NCBI GenBank assembly: GCA_965287045.1
Contig: OZ336871.1
Span: 95,480,001-95,544,000, forward strand
DNA from: Carcharhinus amblyrhynchos
Lineage: Eukaryota
Direction: 5' to 3'
DNA: 64,000 nucleotides
The position numbers and the translations under genes are program-made. The notes under the pieces were generated by a model. The model was not told where the DNA came from. It made no database searches and worked only from the letters and a program-made list of their open reading frames with translations. Shown one piece after another: positions 37,730 to 51,335 of the stretch. Position 1 is the first letter of the stretch, and each line of letters opens with the position of its first letter.

Positions 37730-40700
37730 AAAAGGGGGGAATCTGTTTCCCTGCTAAAATTCAGAATAGCTCTCATGAGGGGAGATTACTCTTCTGTGTC
37801 TCAAACAGTTTAGCAGGATTTCAGTTACTTTCTAATGGGATATTCAGATTCATCCCTCATAACTAAACCCTCTACCTTGGTCGGTCGTGAAACCTTGTCA
37901 TTTAAGACTTCCTAAATGAGTGTCTAGGATCTAAGACTTGTGAGATTAAGACTACACAGTTTATTTCTAATAGTATTTTATTATAAAATACTGCCAATTG
38001 ACACATACAGAATTGCAGAGTTAGAAGTATAAATTGATTATCAGTCCTTTGTTATCTGTTAACAAACTAACTTCTCTAAGAGAAGGATACATCTAAACAT
38101 GGAAAATCCTAAAGTATGTCATATCAATCTCTAATATATTTCTAAGAAGTTTAACAGAAACATACTTACAAATATCATAAGGGTTTTTATTGACGAAACA
38201 GGCCTGCAGAACAGAATTCTTTAGACTGCACTCTTAGCAGGAGATAGTGAGTGATGAGACCATAGATTCTGCCTGTTTATATACATATTTCTTACTCATT
38301 TGGTACCATAGGTCCCTTTGTTGTTTATCTCTTACATTGAGTAATGTTCTTATGGCAAAATGTGTTTATCACCAAGCATGTGATTTAATGTTCTTAGAGT
38401 CTGCTTGAATGTCAGGTATCTAAGATATATAGTCAGACAGGGAGTTTGTTAGAGACACCTCTCTACTTTTACATAAGAAATAGGAGCAGGAGTAGGCCAT
38501 CTAGCCCTTCGAGCCTGCCCCGCCATTCAATAAGATCATGGCTGATCTGTCGTGGCTCAGTTCCACTTTCCTGCCCTCTCCCCATAACCCTTAACCCCCT
38601 CGCTTATCAAAAACCCGCGTCTTAAAAATATTTAGCGAGGCAGCCTCCACCACTTCAACGGGCAGAGAATTCCAGAGATTCACCACCCTTTGAGTGAAGA
38701 AGTTCCTCCTCAACTCCGTTCTAAACCGCCCCCCCTTTATCTTGAGGCTGTGCCCCCTAGTCCTACTGTCCTTTCTGAGCGGGAAGAGTCTCTCCACCTC
38801 TATCCTATCCATCCCATTCATCATCTTATACGTCTCAATGAGATCTCCCCTCATTCTTCTAAACTCTAACGAGTACAAGCCCAGTTTATTCAGCCTCTCC
38901 TCATAGCTCAACCCCCTCAACTCCGGTATCAGCCTAGTAAACCTCCTCTGCACTCCCTCCAAGGCCAAAATATCTTTGCGCAGGTGCGGCGCCCAAAACT
39001 GCACACAGTACTCCAGCTGTGGCCTCACCAATGCCCTATACAGCTGCAGCAAGACCTCCCTACTTTTATATTCAATCCCCCTCGCTATGAAGGCCAGCAT
39101 CCCATTTGCCTTCCTGACCACCTGCTGGACCTGCAAGCTGGGTTTTTGCGACTCATGCACAAGGACCCCGAGGTCCCTCTGCACCGTCGCCTGCTGCAGT
39201 TTTTCACCACGTAAGTAAAAGTCCTTCCTACCATTATTCCTACCAAAGTGGACCACCTCACACTTGCCAACATTAAATTCCATTTGCCATTTCCTGGCCC
39301 ATTCGCCCAGCCTATCTAGATCCTTCTGCAGACTCTCCACACCCTCCGCACAATTTGCCGTTCCCCCAATCTTGGTGTCATCAGCAAATTTCGACACCCT
39401 GCACTCAGTTCCCTCCTCCAGATCATCTATATAAATGGTAAAAAGCTGAGGCCCCAGCACCGACCCCTGGGGCACTCCACTAGTCACCATCCACCAATCC
39501 GAATAGCACCCGTTGACCCCCACTCTCTGCCTCCTATTTGACAACCAATCCTCTATCCACACTAACACCCTACCCCCAACTCCATGTCCCTCGACCTTCT
39601 GCAATAACCTCTTGTGAGGTACTTTGTCAAACGCCTTCTGAAAATCTAGAAAGACCACATCCACCGGCTCTCCTCTATCCACCGCCCTAGACATATCCTC
39701 ATAGAACTCCAGTAAATTTGTCAGACACGACTTCCCTTTAATGAAACCATGCTGCGTCTGCTCTATCAAGCAATTCCCTTCAAGATGCCTCGCAATTTCC
39801 TCCTTAATGACAGATTCTAACATTTTACCTACCACAGACGTTAAACTAACCGGCCTATAATTCCCCGCCTTTTGCCTAGCACCCTTCTTAAACAACGGCG
39901 TAACATTAGCCGTTTTCCAATCATCCGGCACTTCCCCGGAATCCAGCGACGTCTGGAAAATAACCACCAAGGCATCCACTATCACTTCCACCATTTCTTT
40001 CAGAACCCTCGGATGCATTCCATCCGGTCCTGGGGACTTGTCCACAATCAGCCCCTCCAGTCTGTCGAGCACTGCCTTTCTAGTAACAGTAATGTCATTA
40101 AGACCCTCCAGTCCTACCACCTTTCCATCGCTAACACCCGGCAAATTATTCACGTCCTCCTCCGTGAAGACAGAAACAAAAAAGTTATTCAATACCTTAG
40201 CCATATCCTCATCCCCTACCACTAGGTCCCCTTTCTCATCCTCTAAAGGACCAAAATTCACCCTAGCCAGCCTCTTCCTTTTTATATATTTATAAAAACT
40301 CTTGCTATCCTTTTTTATATTAAGCGCTAGCCCAGCTTCACAGTTTCTCCTACCCTTCTTTATCAACTTCTTTGTCAATCTTTGTTGACATTTAAACCTC
40401 TCCCAATCCTCTTCTCGCCCACTACTCTTAGCTACTCTAAATTCCTCCACTTTTAATTTAACACTTTCCTCCACCTCCTTCGTTATCCACGGCTTATTAC
40501 CTCTCCGCCTACTATCCTTTTTGACCATCGGAATAGATTTCCGCTGAGCACCAAGAAAGATCTCCTTAAAGATCCTCCACTGCTCCTCAACAGACCCTCC
40601 CTCCAACGCGCTCCCCCAGTCCACATTCGCCAATTCTTCTCTCATCCTACCGTACTCCCCTCTATTCAAACAGAGGACGCGTGTCCGGGAACCCACTTTC

Positions 40701-41240
40701 TCCTCCTCCATCTGCACCAGAAACTCCACCATACAATGATCACTCTCCCCAAGAGGATCCTTCACCACAAGGTCCCTAATTCTACCCGCCTCATTACATA
40801 GCACCAGATCCAAGATAGCTCGCTCCCTCGTCGGCTCCAACACTTTTGTCTATTATCAATGTGTCAAGACTCTAAAATGTATAAATGTCCAAATAACTAC
40901 TATTGCAAATGGTGATTTCTTAAACGTCAAAGGTTAGGAAGTTTGCTTATTTTATTCCTTGCTTGTTTTCTGTAGATACTCTTTTACTCTAGTTAGTAGT
41001 TATAATTACAGGAAGGTAATTAGAAGAATTTATGGACTGTCAATTCCCTGCTTTTGTCTTTTAGTGACTTCATCCTGGGTCAGCTAAAGCTTCTTAAGCC
41101 GATACTGACTTTTGGATGACCTGTTTGCTGAAATGGTCTTATTCCACTTTGAATTAAAACACCTGATGTATTAATCTCTGCTTCGTATATATGTCCTTAT
41201 TCTAAACCAAATTCTGGGGGAGTGTGATATCCATCACAAT
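37730..41240. mobile_element. LTR-like region interrupted by the young CR1
   Basis: PPT-like aaaagggggaatctg at ~37731; reversed AATAAA/TATA motifs; gggggagtgtgatat at ~41216. Boundaries and orientation unresolved. Confidence 0.3.
38471..40841 (-). mobile_element. Young CR1 LINE with open 750-aa ORF2 (complete RT, endonuclease truncated)
   Basis: NYRPVSLTSVVGK, LDFQKAFDKVPH, GVPQGSVLGP, KFADDTK; TSD actttt at 38465-38470 and 40842-40847. Confidence 0.97.
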
Positions 41241-43026
41241 ACCAGCTGATTCCTTATCAATAACCAAGACTCCTATGCATTCCTTTGCCTCTATTTCATC
41301 AGCTTATTAGCATCAATATCTGCTTTTCCTGTGCTGGTTGTAACTGTGCTGATGCCTGTTCCAAACATGGTTTGGATTCTTCAAGTGTGGATTGCGATCC
41401 TCTAGGTTTGTCTTGTTCTGGGATAAGAGCAGAAGATGCAACATGAATATATTGTTTGGGTATTGCATTCTGTTTATTCTGTTATCTACCAATGCACAGT
41501 TTGAGGCACATTGATATATATGATACACATCATAGAAAATCCGATTATTACAATATACGCTACTAGTTCTATTCTTCCCCCATTTGCTGCAATCCTGTCT
41601 TCTAAAGTCTCCCTCCCAAAAATAAACATTGCTCCCTCTTCCTGATTCAGTTCCAAAAAAACTGAGATTCCATTGCACTCCGTCCTTCTTTATTCCCGTT
41701 TTGTCTTTAAATATAAGAGTTTTAGGGATTAGGACATGGAATTTTCTTCTAACACAATCTCATGACATGGAGAAAGAAGTTTGCGTGATTCTGCCATTTT
41801 CTCTTCAGATATCTTGCTGTATAACATGTCAGTCCAGATATCACATTGTTAGGTGTTTGTAACGTTACATTTCACTGATGTTCAGGTTTTAGTCCCATGC
41901 TTTTCTTTATATTGTGCACTTTCTTTGGGCCTCTGGCCAGAAACTTTCCAGCTGTTCTCTGTCCGGTCCTGCTGACGATGAACCACGACCCTAGGTTCCC
42001 CAGCAGCTGAGTGCATAGAATAGTGCATAGAATCTTGACAACGACAAGACCAGAAGATCCCACCTCAGGCCAATGGCGAAATGCACCACAGGGAGTGTGG
42101 AAAATCCCAACTGCATTAAACAAAATTAAACACTGAGATGCAAAGAAGGAGAGGTGGCAATAGATTGATCAAAGATATAGGTTTTAAGGAGCAGCTTAAA
42201 ATAGGAGAAAGAGGGAGAGAGAAATGTGCAAAGATTTAACAAGAAGCACAACCATCAAGGAAGGTTTGAAAATCATGGATGAAGAAGCCAGAATTGGATG
42301 AGTTTAGAGATCTCGAAGGGATGTAGGATTGGAGGAGAGAACAGGGATGGGGAGGGGCGTGTTCATGAAGGGATTTGAAAACAACAATGAGAATTTTTAA
42401 CGTATGATTTTAATGCTGGGGGTCAGTATAGGTCAATGTATATGGGCATAATGGTTAAACAGAACTTCCTGCCAGTTAGAATGGGAACAATAGAGTTTTG
42501 GATGCACTCAAGTTCACACTGAAACTGCCTGTTAAAAATTGCCTCTCCCTTCATACCTTTGCTGCATGCTGGAAGCTTTCAAACAACCAGAATGTGCTCT
42601 GTGACTTTTATAACAATTTACTAGTCCATTAAGCTGCTTATGAAGCCTAAACAATCAGGATTGTAAGTGAATACTGCTTGGCTGCTGATTTTTCATTAGC
42701 ACAAATACAACCATTGGGTGGAATTTTATGACCTCATCACACTCGTTTTGCAGTGGGAAAAAATCGTAAAATTGCTCTGATGTGACTAGCGGGAATGATG
42801 CCCATTTTCACGCTGATTCCCATTTTACTATAAAAAAATCGACGTGATTGGAACCCTGCCCAAAACAGGCGAAACATCAATTTGCATTTTTTTTACATTC
42901 ATCGCATTAGTGAGTCATTAGTGAGTTTCACTCCCAATTGTCCCAGCTCACCTGCCTTAATGTCCTCATTCGCTGCAGCTGGATCAGTCAGAAAACCACC
43001 TCGTATAAAAGCTGCATTCAGGCACT

Positions 43027-43520
43027 TGATGTGGAGGTGCCGGTGTTGGACTGGGGTAAACACAGTAAGAGGTCTCACAACACCAGGTTAAAGTCAAACA
43101 GGTTTATTTGATAGAACAAGCCACTAGCTTTCGAGCTCTGCCCCTCCATCAGGTGAGTTGAAGTTCTGTTCACAAACAGGGCATATAAAGACACAAACTC
43201 AATTTACAAAATAATGGTTGGAATGCAAGTATTTACAGGTAATCACGTCTTAAAGGTACAGACAATGTGAGTGGAAAGAAGGTTAAGCACAAGTTAAAGA
43301 GATGTGTATTGTCTCCAGCCAGGAAAGTTAGTGAGATTTTACAAGCCCAGTCAAGTTGTGGAGGTTACAGATAGTGTGACATGAACCCAAGATCCCGGTT
43401 GAAGCCGTCCTCATGTGTGCGGAACTTGGCTATCAGTTTCTGCTCAGCGACTATGCATTGTGTGTCGTAAAGGCCGCCATGGAGAATGTTTACCCGAAGA
43501 TCAGAGGCCGAATGCCCATG
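43027..43520 (-). mobile_element. Penelope-like element 3' fragment
   Basis: Encodes GHSASDLRV...EQKLIAKFRTHEDGFNRDLGFMSHY*, the C-terminus of a GIY-YIG-type Penelope ORF. Confidence 0.85.
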
Positions 43521-44369
43521 ACGGGTTCATGTCACAGCCATCACAGGGATGCCAAATGTGCAAGGGGCTATAGACTGCACCCACATCGCCCTCAAGGCCC
43601 CTGGTGAAGAATCCAGGAAGATTCATGAATAGAAAGAGCTTCCATTCAATAAATGTGCAGTTGGTGTGTGACCATCAGCTGAACATCATGTACATCTGCG
43701 TCAGACATCTGGCAGCATGCATGACAGCTTCATATTGAAAATTTCTGATGTCTCAGGGGTCTTTGCGGAGGAGCCCAAGGTGCAGGGATAGTTCATGGGG
43801 GACATGGGGCACCCACTTTGGACTTGTCTGATGACAAGGAGACCTGAGACTGAAGCAGAGACACAATGTAATGAGGCCCATGTGCATTGGGCTCCTCAAA
43901 ATGCAGTTCAGGTGCCTGGCGGGTCCTTCAATTTAGTCCCCGATATCATCCTGCAGTGTGGCGGTGTGCACAACCAGGCACAGCAGCGAGAAGATCTTTT
44001 GGAGGAGGAGGACATGGGAGCCAACCAGCCAAGTGTCACTGAGGAGAAGGCTGCCCAGCAGCAGGAGGAGGAGGAACAGGAAAAGGAAGACAACGACAAG
44101 CCACACTATCCAAGTGCAGGAGGGCGGGTGACAGCAAAGGTCAGGCACGTGAGGGCGGCGAGGGAAGCGCTGATCACCACACACTTTGATCACCAGGGAC
44201 TGTGTTTTCACACATGGGTTCCATTGCCCTCCCTCCCCCCAGGAGTCCTACAACCTCCTGCAACATTGTAACACAGGAGTGGTGGGCCTGTGTTAGCGAG
44301 CTTCAGTGGCAATCAGGAGGGTGATGACAACTCGCTATGTGCCATTGTGATGATGCCCTAGTGCAAATC

Positions 44370-45768
44370 TGGTACCCGGACGAGCACTCAGATCCTGCGT
44401 GGATCAGCTGGCAGGGGTATTCACGGACATCTTCAACTTCTCTTTACAACAGTCTGAGGTCCCTATCTGCTTCAAAAAGATGACCCAGTACCTAAGAAAA
44501 ACCAAGCAGTGTGCCTTAATGACTATCGGTCGGTGACTCTGACATCCATCATTATGAAGTGCTTCGAAAGGCTAGTCATGGCACGAATCAGTTCCAGCCT
44601 CCTGGATTACCTGGATCCATTACAGTTTGCCTGCTGTTGCAACAAGTCCACAGCAGACACCATCTCCCTGGTCCTGCACTCAACCCTGGAACACCTAGAT
44701 CACAAGGACACCTATGTCAGACTCCTATTTATTGACTAAAGCTCAGTCTTCAACACTATTATTCCCACAGAATTCATTGCCTGGGCCTCAACACCTCCCT
44801 CTGTGACTGGATCTTGAACTTCCTAACTCACAGACCACAATTAGTAAGGATAGGCAACAACACCTCCTCCACAATCATCCTCAACACTGGTGCCCCACAA
44901 GGCTGTGTTCTCAGCTCCCTACTATACTTTTTATACACCTATGACTATGTGGTCAAATTCTCCTCCAATTTGATTTACAAGTTTGGTGATGACACCACTG
45001 TAGGGATCAGATCTCAAATAATGATGAGACAGAATACAGGAATAAGATAGAGAATGTGGTGAACTTGTGCAGTGACAATAATCTCTCCCTCAATGTCAAC
45101 AAAACAAAAGAAATTGTCATTGACTTCAGGAAGTGTAAAGGAGCACATGCCCTTATCTATGTCAATGGGGACGAACTGGAAAGGGTTGAGAGCTTGACGT
45201 TTTTAGGTGTTCAGGTTACCAACAACCTGTCCTGGTCCTTCCATGCCAACACTATAGTTAAGAAAGCCCCACCAATGCCACTACTTTCTCAGAAGATGAA
45301 GGAAATTTGGCATGTCAACTACAACTCTCACCAACCTTTACAGATGCACCATAGAAAGCATTCTTTCACAGTTTAGTATGGCTCCTGCTGTACCTAAGAT
45401 CGCAAGGAACTACAAAGTGTCGTGCATGTAGCCCAATCCATCAACCAGCATAATTAAGGACCCCATGCACCCTGGGCATTCCCTCTTCCACCTTCTTACA
45501 CTGGGAAAAAGATACAAAAGTCTGAGGTCACATACCAACCGACTCAAGAACAGCTTCTTCCCTGCTGCTGTCAAACTTTTGCATGGACTTACCTCACATT
45601 AAGTTGATCTTTCTCTACACCCTAGCTATGACTATACACTACATTCCGTACTCTCTTGTTTCCTTCTCTATGAATGGCATGCTTTGTCTGTAAAGCATGC
45701 AAGAAACAATACTTTTCACTGTATGTTAATACATGTGACAATAATAAATCAGATCAAATAAATCAAAA
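44370..45768 (+). mobile_element. Rex1/Babar-like LINE fragment
   Basis: [54 protein letters not shown]; aataaatca tail. Confidence 0.88.
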
Positions 45769-46879
45769 ATTAGCCTGACTTCTTCCTGAGCTCTGCATAC
45801 ATGCTGGCATTCTTGTGATTCTCTTGGCAGGTGGGAGGTGGGGGGTAGAGGGAGGTACTTGGGGTCAGGGGCTGGAAACATGCAGAGTGCTGGGGTGGGG
45901 GGATCTGGGAATCATTTAGGGGGAAGATGCTGGATGAGGTTAAACACTCACCTTTGCTGTTTCATAAGGTCATTCAGTTTTTTGCGGCACTGCTTTCTGG
46001 TTCTCCTGGCTAGTGCCCTGGCACTAACACATGCTGTCACTATCTCCCAGGCTGTGTTTCCATCCCTCCCTCTGGGACAGTCTCCTGCTGAGGGGAACAA
46101 GGTGTGCCTCCTTCCCTCCACTGCCTTCAGCAACCTGGCCATCTCAGCATCGGGACAGCTGGGAGCTATCTTCCTGGAGGACATTTCTTCCTGCATTGCC
46201 GGCCTGTCTGTCCCTCCTTGGGGTTTTTATGGAGTTTTCCCTTTATCAGCTGCAGGCAGCTTGGGTGAGTCGCGCACCCATTGGAGCATTCCAGCGAGCT
46301 TAATGCAGTTTTCCTTGTTACAATGAAGGGAAAGTCAAGTCAGCACTTGCAGGTGTGCTGATAGAGGGGGGAGGGGATGGAATTTGTGCCTCTGTGATGA
46401 TCGGGGACAAGGGAGAAAGAAGATCATGTCAGTCACTCATTGGGGTCGGGGATGATGAGGGAGCCATGTGCCAAGTGGCCTGGAGGGATTTGGGGAGCCA
46501 AGGAGTGGTCAGTAATATAGTGGGGGGGGGGGGTCCCTGAGGTCTCTGGGGGGAGGGAAGAGGTGGGGGACTATGTCTGGGGAGGAGGTTCTACTTTATT
46601 TTTTAGCTGTTTCCTGAGCATGCAGTTTGCGGCTCTGATCTGAGCTGCTGCCTGTCAAATTAACCCCTGCCTACTGCCTCTAGTGGCTAGAAATGGTCTA
46701 GCTCACTTTTTCAATGATTAAGTGCATAAGATTGACGTGAAAACTCACCCGAAAAACAGATCAGGAATTTCCCGTTTTCATACTAGTAAAACAATTTCAT
46801 AAAATTCCATCCATTATTGATAAATTGGATGATTAATAGCTAGTATTTGATATAGCAAAAGCTATTGCATTTCTTTTAC

Positions 46880-47165
46880 CAAATGAGGGATCGAAAGCAA
46901 TTCAACAGAAAAATAAAGTGACAAATTTCCACCACATTACAGGTTTGAGACTTATACAGACCAGAGATTTATATTCGAACTTAAAGGGATAATTTAAGGT
47001 TACATTCGAGTGCAATATGGAAGAATGCTACATATGGAGATAACACCTTTAGCTGTGACAGTAAATTGAGGTTGCCTCAAACCCCATCTGTTCAATTGGG
47101 CTCCAAAGGACCAAAGGCTGTACTGGGATAAAGAATGTTCTCTTTGTGTCTTGGTCAACATAATC
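46880..47165 (-). pseudogene. Relic GREB1-like exon
   Basis: Acceptor ttttcattatattggtttgcag and donor gtaaaag. IPVQPLVLW vs VPVSPGQLPW; TCNVVEIC vs TNYVVIIC; internal stops. Confidence 0.62.
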
Positions 47166-47839
47166 CTGCAAACCAATATAATGAAAACTATTTGCATAAT
47201 GAAAACCAGATTAATTAGGTAGTAAAAAACAGAAAGTGCTGGCTAAACTAAGAGATTATCCAACATCTTCTGTTTCCATTTCAAATTTCCAGCATCTGCA
47301 GCATTTTGCTTTTAATTAGATATCGTCTGACAGCTTTTAGCGGGACTTTGTCTCAATAAAATGGCAGCTGTATTTACCAACATAATAGTAACATCACTTC
47401 AAAAATATCGCTGAGGGAAGAGACATATTGTTGAAGATTTTTGTCTTACACTCATCAGGACTTTCACAAAAATGCCAATTACAAAGGGACCAACAACTTA
47501 TACTCCATGAGAAAAAGGGAGTTAGCAAGTTGACTTAGATTGGTCGAGGAGAATGCACCAAGGAACTATTGTTCCCCATGGTTTTGTTTAATTCAAAAAT
47601 GGTGCACTGCATGGACATGTTCCTTTTGCCTTCAGAGGACTGTTGCCTATTTACGAATACACTGTAAAATCCCAATAAGTCAAATCCCCAGTGTCTGCCC
47701 ACAAACATGTGTTAAACAGAGCTTTATGACAGCTGAGAAGGTCCCATTCTCACATGAACTCAATTCAATGCAACCCAATATGGCTATAAATGCTAAAAAC
47801 AACTGATTCAAATGCCAAATGATAACGTAGTAAAGCAAT

Positions 47840-48396
47840 AAATGTATGCAAAAGTCTTTATTCAATTTGTTCATATCTTGCAATGGCCTGAGTCTGTAAA
47901 GTAGTCATGATGTGGGTATGCCGGCATTGGACTGGTGTAAACACAGTAAAAAGTCTGACAACACCAGGTTTTAGTCCAACCTATTACAATAGGTTGGACT
48001 AAAACCTGGTGTTGTCAGACTTTTTACTGAGTCTGTAAGGCCAGAGCTTTGCATTGAAAATGTCATGAGTTAGCTCCAGAAAATCTCTGTGATTCTTTTC
48101 TGTTTAGCATTGACTGCGAAGCAATCCCAAAGGCCTGTAATTAAAGTCCTTAACTGAACCTAGTATAATTCCTGAATGATACTTGTGTTTATGGCAGAGG
48201 GTTAAATGCTGTCTTCAGATGTGCGGGATACAGGCTGCTATATCATCAATGCGGCAAACATATTTTAGGTGTTTTTGTGCCACTGTCTGAAATCCCTATG
48301 GCTTTTGCAGGATTGGCTATGGATGCAGGTGAACAAGTGGACAGTGGGGAACTGACTTCTGCAGGCTCCTCAGTTGAAAAATGTACTGCATCCATA
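47840..48396 (-). pseudogene. Relic GREB1-like exon(s), interrupted by a Penelope hairpin insertion
   Basis: GSVKDFNYRPL vs GNVGDIVVSPL. ITEIFLELTHDIFNAKLWPYRLRPLQD vs [25 protein letters not shown] reads through once the insertion and one TSD copy are removed. A Ser/Pro-rich linker lies upstream. Confidence 0.65.
47900..48029. mobile_element. Penelope-derived perfect hairpin insertion
   Basis: 42-bp perfect arms at 47944-47985 and 47988-48029; TSD ctgagtctgtaa at 47888-47899 and 48027-48038. Confidence 0.88.
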
Positions 48397-48397
48397 C

Positions 48398-48605
48398 GGG
48401 AGATGATGGTATAGTGGTATTGTAACTGCACTAGCAATCCAGAGATCCAGGGTAATTCTCTGGAGACTCGGGTTTGAATCCCACCATTGGAGATGGTGAA
48501 ATGTGAATTCAAGAAAAATCTGGAATTAACAGTCTAATGGTGACCATGAAAGCATTGTCAATTGTTGTAAAAATCCCTTCTGGTTCACTAATGTCCTTTA
48601 GGGCA
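48398..48605 (+). mobile_element. tRNA-headed SINE
   Basis: gggagatgatggtatagtggtattg...gggtttgaatcccacca head. Confidence 0.7.
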
Positions 48606-49447
48606 GATCCTGCCAAAGTTAGTAAATTAAATCGCAAAGGAAGGTTATGCTTCTGGACAATTACTAGGTAAAACCTGATATGGGAACTTTGGAGAGGAAC
48701 TCCCCAGCGTACCTTTGGGGTACCCCCAACTCCAATGCTGGGGAGCTGGAGGTTACAGACTCTACCTAGACTTAATTTATTTTTAATTTTATTGCATCAG
48801 AATTGGGTACTTAATTAGGAACCAGAACTCTCATAAAGTACATTTTGGAAATTAAAAGATTGAGTAGTTACCCACAGAATCTAACTTTAAACCACATCAG
48901 GCCATTTTAAGTATTTTCGGGAAATGTACCAAAAGTTATTATAAAGATCAAGACAATTGTTCAGTTCATCAGTGACTCAGAAATAACTACAGGCAGAAAT
49001 GTCTGGCTCCTCCCACTGGTGGGGTCTTCCCATCCTGTTGAAGTCAATGGACTTTTAATTGACTTCACTGCATTTTCTGGCCCAATCCTGCTGCAATGCT
49101 GTAATAAAATTCCTCCCTACAATTTATTTCCTTAAAAAAGTGAACTGTCCCCAGGTGGATTATCAAAATTTTCCAGTACCAAGTTAAATAACATGAATAT
49201 CCTATTAACTGGTTCCCCAATGCATCTAAAATTCAACAGGCAGGTGGCAGTATTTCTCAAATGATATCTTTCTTAGATTTCCTAAAAAATATATGCTGCC
49301 TGGTGCATCATTTTGACTGATGACTTATAACTTAAGTAAAGTTGTTGAAAAGTCTAATTTGTTCGGTTGATGATTTGACATAACCACGCTTGTGTACAAT
49401 GTAAAACAATATACAAACCGCAAGACTCTTCAAACAATGGAGTCATG

Positions 49448-51335
49448 AGGCTGAATTTCACTCAGGGATGGTAATAGAGGTGGGGATGGGCACTGCAAAC
49501 ATGGTTTTAGTGAAATAACTCAGCAGAGACTGGTATCCCTTCATCAGATTCCTTAGCTCAATTATAATTCATAGAGTGTTACAAGCTCTGAGTCAGCATC
49601 CGGAGTGCCAGGAGATCTGACAGTCCCAATTATATATGCAGCAAAGGCTCCCTGATTGAACAAGCAATAAAAAGTTCAATCAGGAGTTCATATTCTAAGA
49701 GGCCAACCTTAATAGCCTTGATGAAGCCAGTACAATTAGACTGCCTGCCAGTTGCCAGACATTAGGATGGAGGAAGGTAGGGTCCTGAAACCCATCTGGT
49801 TCCCAAGTAAGTATAAGGAATGTCATTACAAAACTCACTGAGAGTTCATCAAAAATCATGCTGAGAATTGGTGGTGCTGCATGCTGAGTCAGGGCAGACC
49901 ATGTGCAAGGATGACAAACACAGCATAGAGTCAGTCATGGCTGTCCTATGGTGGCCATGGTGTCAGGAGGCTCCATGGCTTTGCACTCTTGTGTGTTGGA
50001 ACTCTGTTCTGATTGGCCTGCATTGCCCAGACTTAGACTAGTTTGACTTATCCGGAGTTAACAGTGTGAAATTTTGATTATCACAGGCATCATTCCATGG
50101 AGTTTGTTATTCTGCCGGCAGGACTGGTTGATAGCTTTGACATAACCAGAATTTCATATCACCTGAGTTTAACTCATCATGCTTTCACTGTATGCAACTT
50201 TGAGCAAAAGGCAGGATGTCTTTTTGGTTTGAAGACAGCAGGCTGTTCGTGGGAAATACCACTCATGTTGCTACTGATTTGTACTTGGCTTCACCTATTA
50301 ATGAAATTTTTGCAGTATCTTATTCTTCCAGAGTAATATGAGGTGTGCTGGGCACTTCTCAGGCAACTCTACCAGATGCCAGAACTGAGAGTGAGGAGGC
50401 GTGAGAAAGGCAGGGGTGACTCAGCCCCAGGCCAGGGCTGAAGAAGAAGTGGGTAGGCGAGAAAGTCCTCAATAATGGATGTGCTGCAAAGTAATCAGGG
50501 GGTAGGACATGCTGTCATGGTGCAGCCCACTAAGAGGGAGAGCATGGGGCCCCCAAAAGAGTATGTCCACCTCTGGGCCAAAGAGAGACAGACAGACAGA
50601 CAGAGAGAAGGCCTGCCACAGCTTGTCAATGCCATCATGCATCAGCTGATTAAGATAGGATACCGCATGCATCAGTTCTGGCAAGTTTTCAAGAGCATCA
50701 GGGTTCTGAATTTTTCTGAGAGCTCAGGAAGATCACTGGACTATTTCTTCAGGAATAGGATGCATCCTCACACTCCTCAGCTGAGTGTTTATTGGAGATG
50801 AATTCCCAAAGATCTGCTCTGCTGATAGATGAAGGCCATTGAACCTTTTCCTGTTGTTGCGCATAACCACTTGTCTGCTGATGCTCTCAGTCGCCTTGAT
50901 CCAATGCTGCTTAGCTTGAAAGGGTGACCTCCTCTGAGCACCTTCCAGAATGAGGGCATCCCTTCTGGCCCTCACTGTCAGAAAACCATCAAGGAAATCA
51001 CCAAGTCAGTGACTGCAAAGCAAAGAGCAGCCCTATTTCTGTTCCCGTCATCTGTCTTTCTGCTCAATGGCTGATGCTGGAAGTGATGCGGTAAACTGAT
51101 AGCCACAATAAAAGCTACTGTGGCATGTTTAATTTAGGGCACACTCTTTCAAACCTGGCCCCATTCTTGACCCCGTGGACACTAACTAGCCACTCAACCT
51201 GCCCTTCAGCCAATTAATGGGCCACTCCCTGAAAATAGAAACCTTTGATTGTTTCTTTGCCCTGGGGGTGGAGTCAGGAGCCACAAAGAATCTCAAAGCC
51301 TGTTTTCAGACCTTGGAGAGAAAATCAAACCCATG
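49448..51335. mobile_element. Second, older Harbinger-like relic
   Basis: Myb/SANT-like ORF 50733-50975 (ARRDAL...W...RKRFN) and acidic transposase-tail-like sequence at ~50170-50460. Confidence 0.5.

Larger units (their letters stand above)
42716..46812 (+). mobile_element. Full-length decayed PIF/Harbinger transposon
   Basis: 16-bp TIRs gggtggaattttatga / tcataaaattccatcc (1 mismatch); 3-bp att on both flanks. Transposase relic GAIDCTHIALK, NRKSFHSINVQLVCD, GDMGHPL on +; Myb/SANT-like ORF 45948-46196 on -. Confidence 0.88.

Noticed and set aside
43795-44271. 158-aa acidic ORF as a host HARBI1-like gene
   Set aside because: It lies within TIRs and is frameshifted relative to the upstream catalytic motifs, so it is a transposon relic.
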